This document shows, in pieces, positions 63,157-64,000 of a stretch of 64,000 nt of DNA. Position numbers and translations under genes: made by a program. The notes beneath the pieces are model-generated. The model was given only the letters and a program-made list of their open reading frames with translations, had not been told where the DNA came from and did not search any database. The stretch is from Nitrosopumilus sp. GTDB taxonomy: Archaea; Thermoproteota; Nitrososphaeria; Nitrososphaerales; Nitrosopumilaceae. The stretch is taken from the NCBI GenBank assembly GCA_965203315.1, contig OZ241857.1:1876505-1940504 (forward strand), given 5' to 3'. Position 1 is the stretch's first letter, and every line of letters begins with the position of its first letter.

Positions 63157-64000
63157 ATGGAACAAGAGATTCTGACGTTTGTTGCATGCATTGCATCATT
63201 TTTGGTTGCTGGCGGTCTAGTAGTATGGATAACAAGACAACCTCCTGGTACCAAAGAGATGACAGATATCTCAAATGCAGTAAAGATTGGGGCTGCTGCA
63301 TTTCTCAAACGAGAGATGATGATAATTGTACCTGTCGCTATAGCATTATCGCTGATAATCGGAGTCTTTCTATCGTATACAAACGGCATAGCTTTTGCTG
63401 TAGGCGCAACGCTATCTGCTGTTGCGGGGCTCATATCACTAAAGATCACTGTAAAGGCAGCAGTTAGAGCTGCAAATTTGAGTAGCCATGGATTGGGAAA
63501 GACGTTTGCGATGGCATTTAGGGGCGGTGCAACTGTCGGTCTTGCTGTGCCTGCAATGGCACTTATGGCGATAACCGGTCTCTATATGGCATATCCAGAT
63601 CCTATCACCATCGCAGGCGTAGGTATTGGAGCTAGTCTTATTGCATTGTTTATTAGAATTGGTGGTGGAATATTCACAAAGGCTGCAGATATGGGGGCAG
63701 ACCTAGTAGGAAAGGTGGAGGCAAACATTCCTGAAGATGATCCACGAAACCCTGCAACGATTGCCGACAATGTTGGAGACAATGTAGGTGACGCAGCTGG
63801 AATGGGCTCAGATGTATACGAGTCTTACATCGTCACAATCCTTGCCGCAATACTGATCGCTGCACTGATCAACGCTCCAGATCTACTACTATATCCAATA
63901 CTAATTGGTGCATCTGGAATGGTTGCATCGATAATCGGTGTCGTGATAGTGAGTTCAAAAAATATCAAAGATGTCATGAAGCCATTAAATCGTTCGTTCT
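63157..64000 (+). CDS. hppA: Membrane-bound cation-translocating pyrophosphatase (runs off the window end)
   Basis: GGGIFTKAADMGADLVGKVEANIPEDDPRNPATIADNVGDNVGD. Confidence 0.95.
   Translation, partial: MEQEILTFVACIASFLVAGGLVVWITRQPPGTKEMTDISNAVKIGAAAFLKREMMIIVPVAIALSLIIGVFLSYTNGIAFAVGATLSAVAGLISLKITVKAAVRAANLSSHGLGKTFAMAFRGGATVGLAVPAMALMAITGLYMAYPDPITIAGVGIGASLIALFIRIGGGIFTKAADMGADLVGKVEANIPEDDPRNPATIADNVGDNVGDAAGMGSDVYESYIVTILAAILIAALINAPDLLLYPILIGASGMVASIIGVVIVSSKNIKDVMKPLNRSF

Noticed and set aside
35-63782. Many short antisense or alternate-frame ORFs in the track
   Set aside because: They overlap well-supported genes and lack motifs; treated as shadow ORFs

Overview
Archaeal chromosome segment from an ammonia-oxidising thaumarchaeote, most likely Nitrosopumilaceae. 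The evidence is the 3-hydroxypropionate/4-hydroxybutyrate cycle pair, a type IB topoisomerase, a probable GDGT ring synthase, archaeal ribosomal and RNA polymerase genes, and the nadX-nadA-nadC cluster. Core genes are interspersed with a heavy mobile-element load: three ISH3, two IS5, one IS6, one IS1111-type IS110, and at least five families of short non-autonomous elements (MITEs). There are also pseudogenes and a 1948-aa repetitive surface protein. This pattern suggests a host-associated lineage (inference). The strongest finding is an archaeal IS1111-type element inserted into the terminal inverted repeat of a MITE. Its 3' non-coding region folds by eye into two parallel guide loops matching the target (the MITE end) and, on one arm, the element's own circular junction, so it is a readable candidate bridge/seek RNA aimed at another mobile element. 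All three ISH3 copies are also nested inside MITEs. Coordinates were read by eye and all family assignments come from motif recognition, not from searches.
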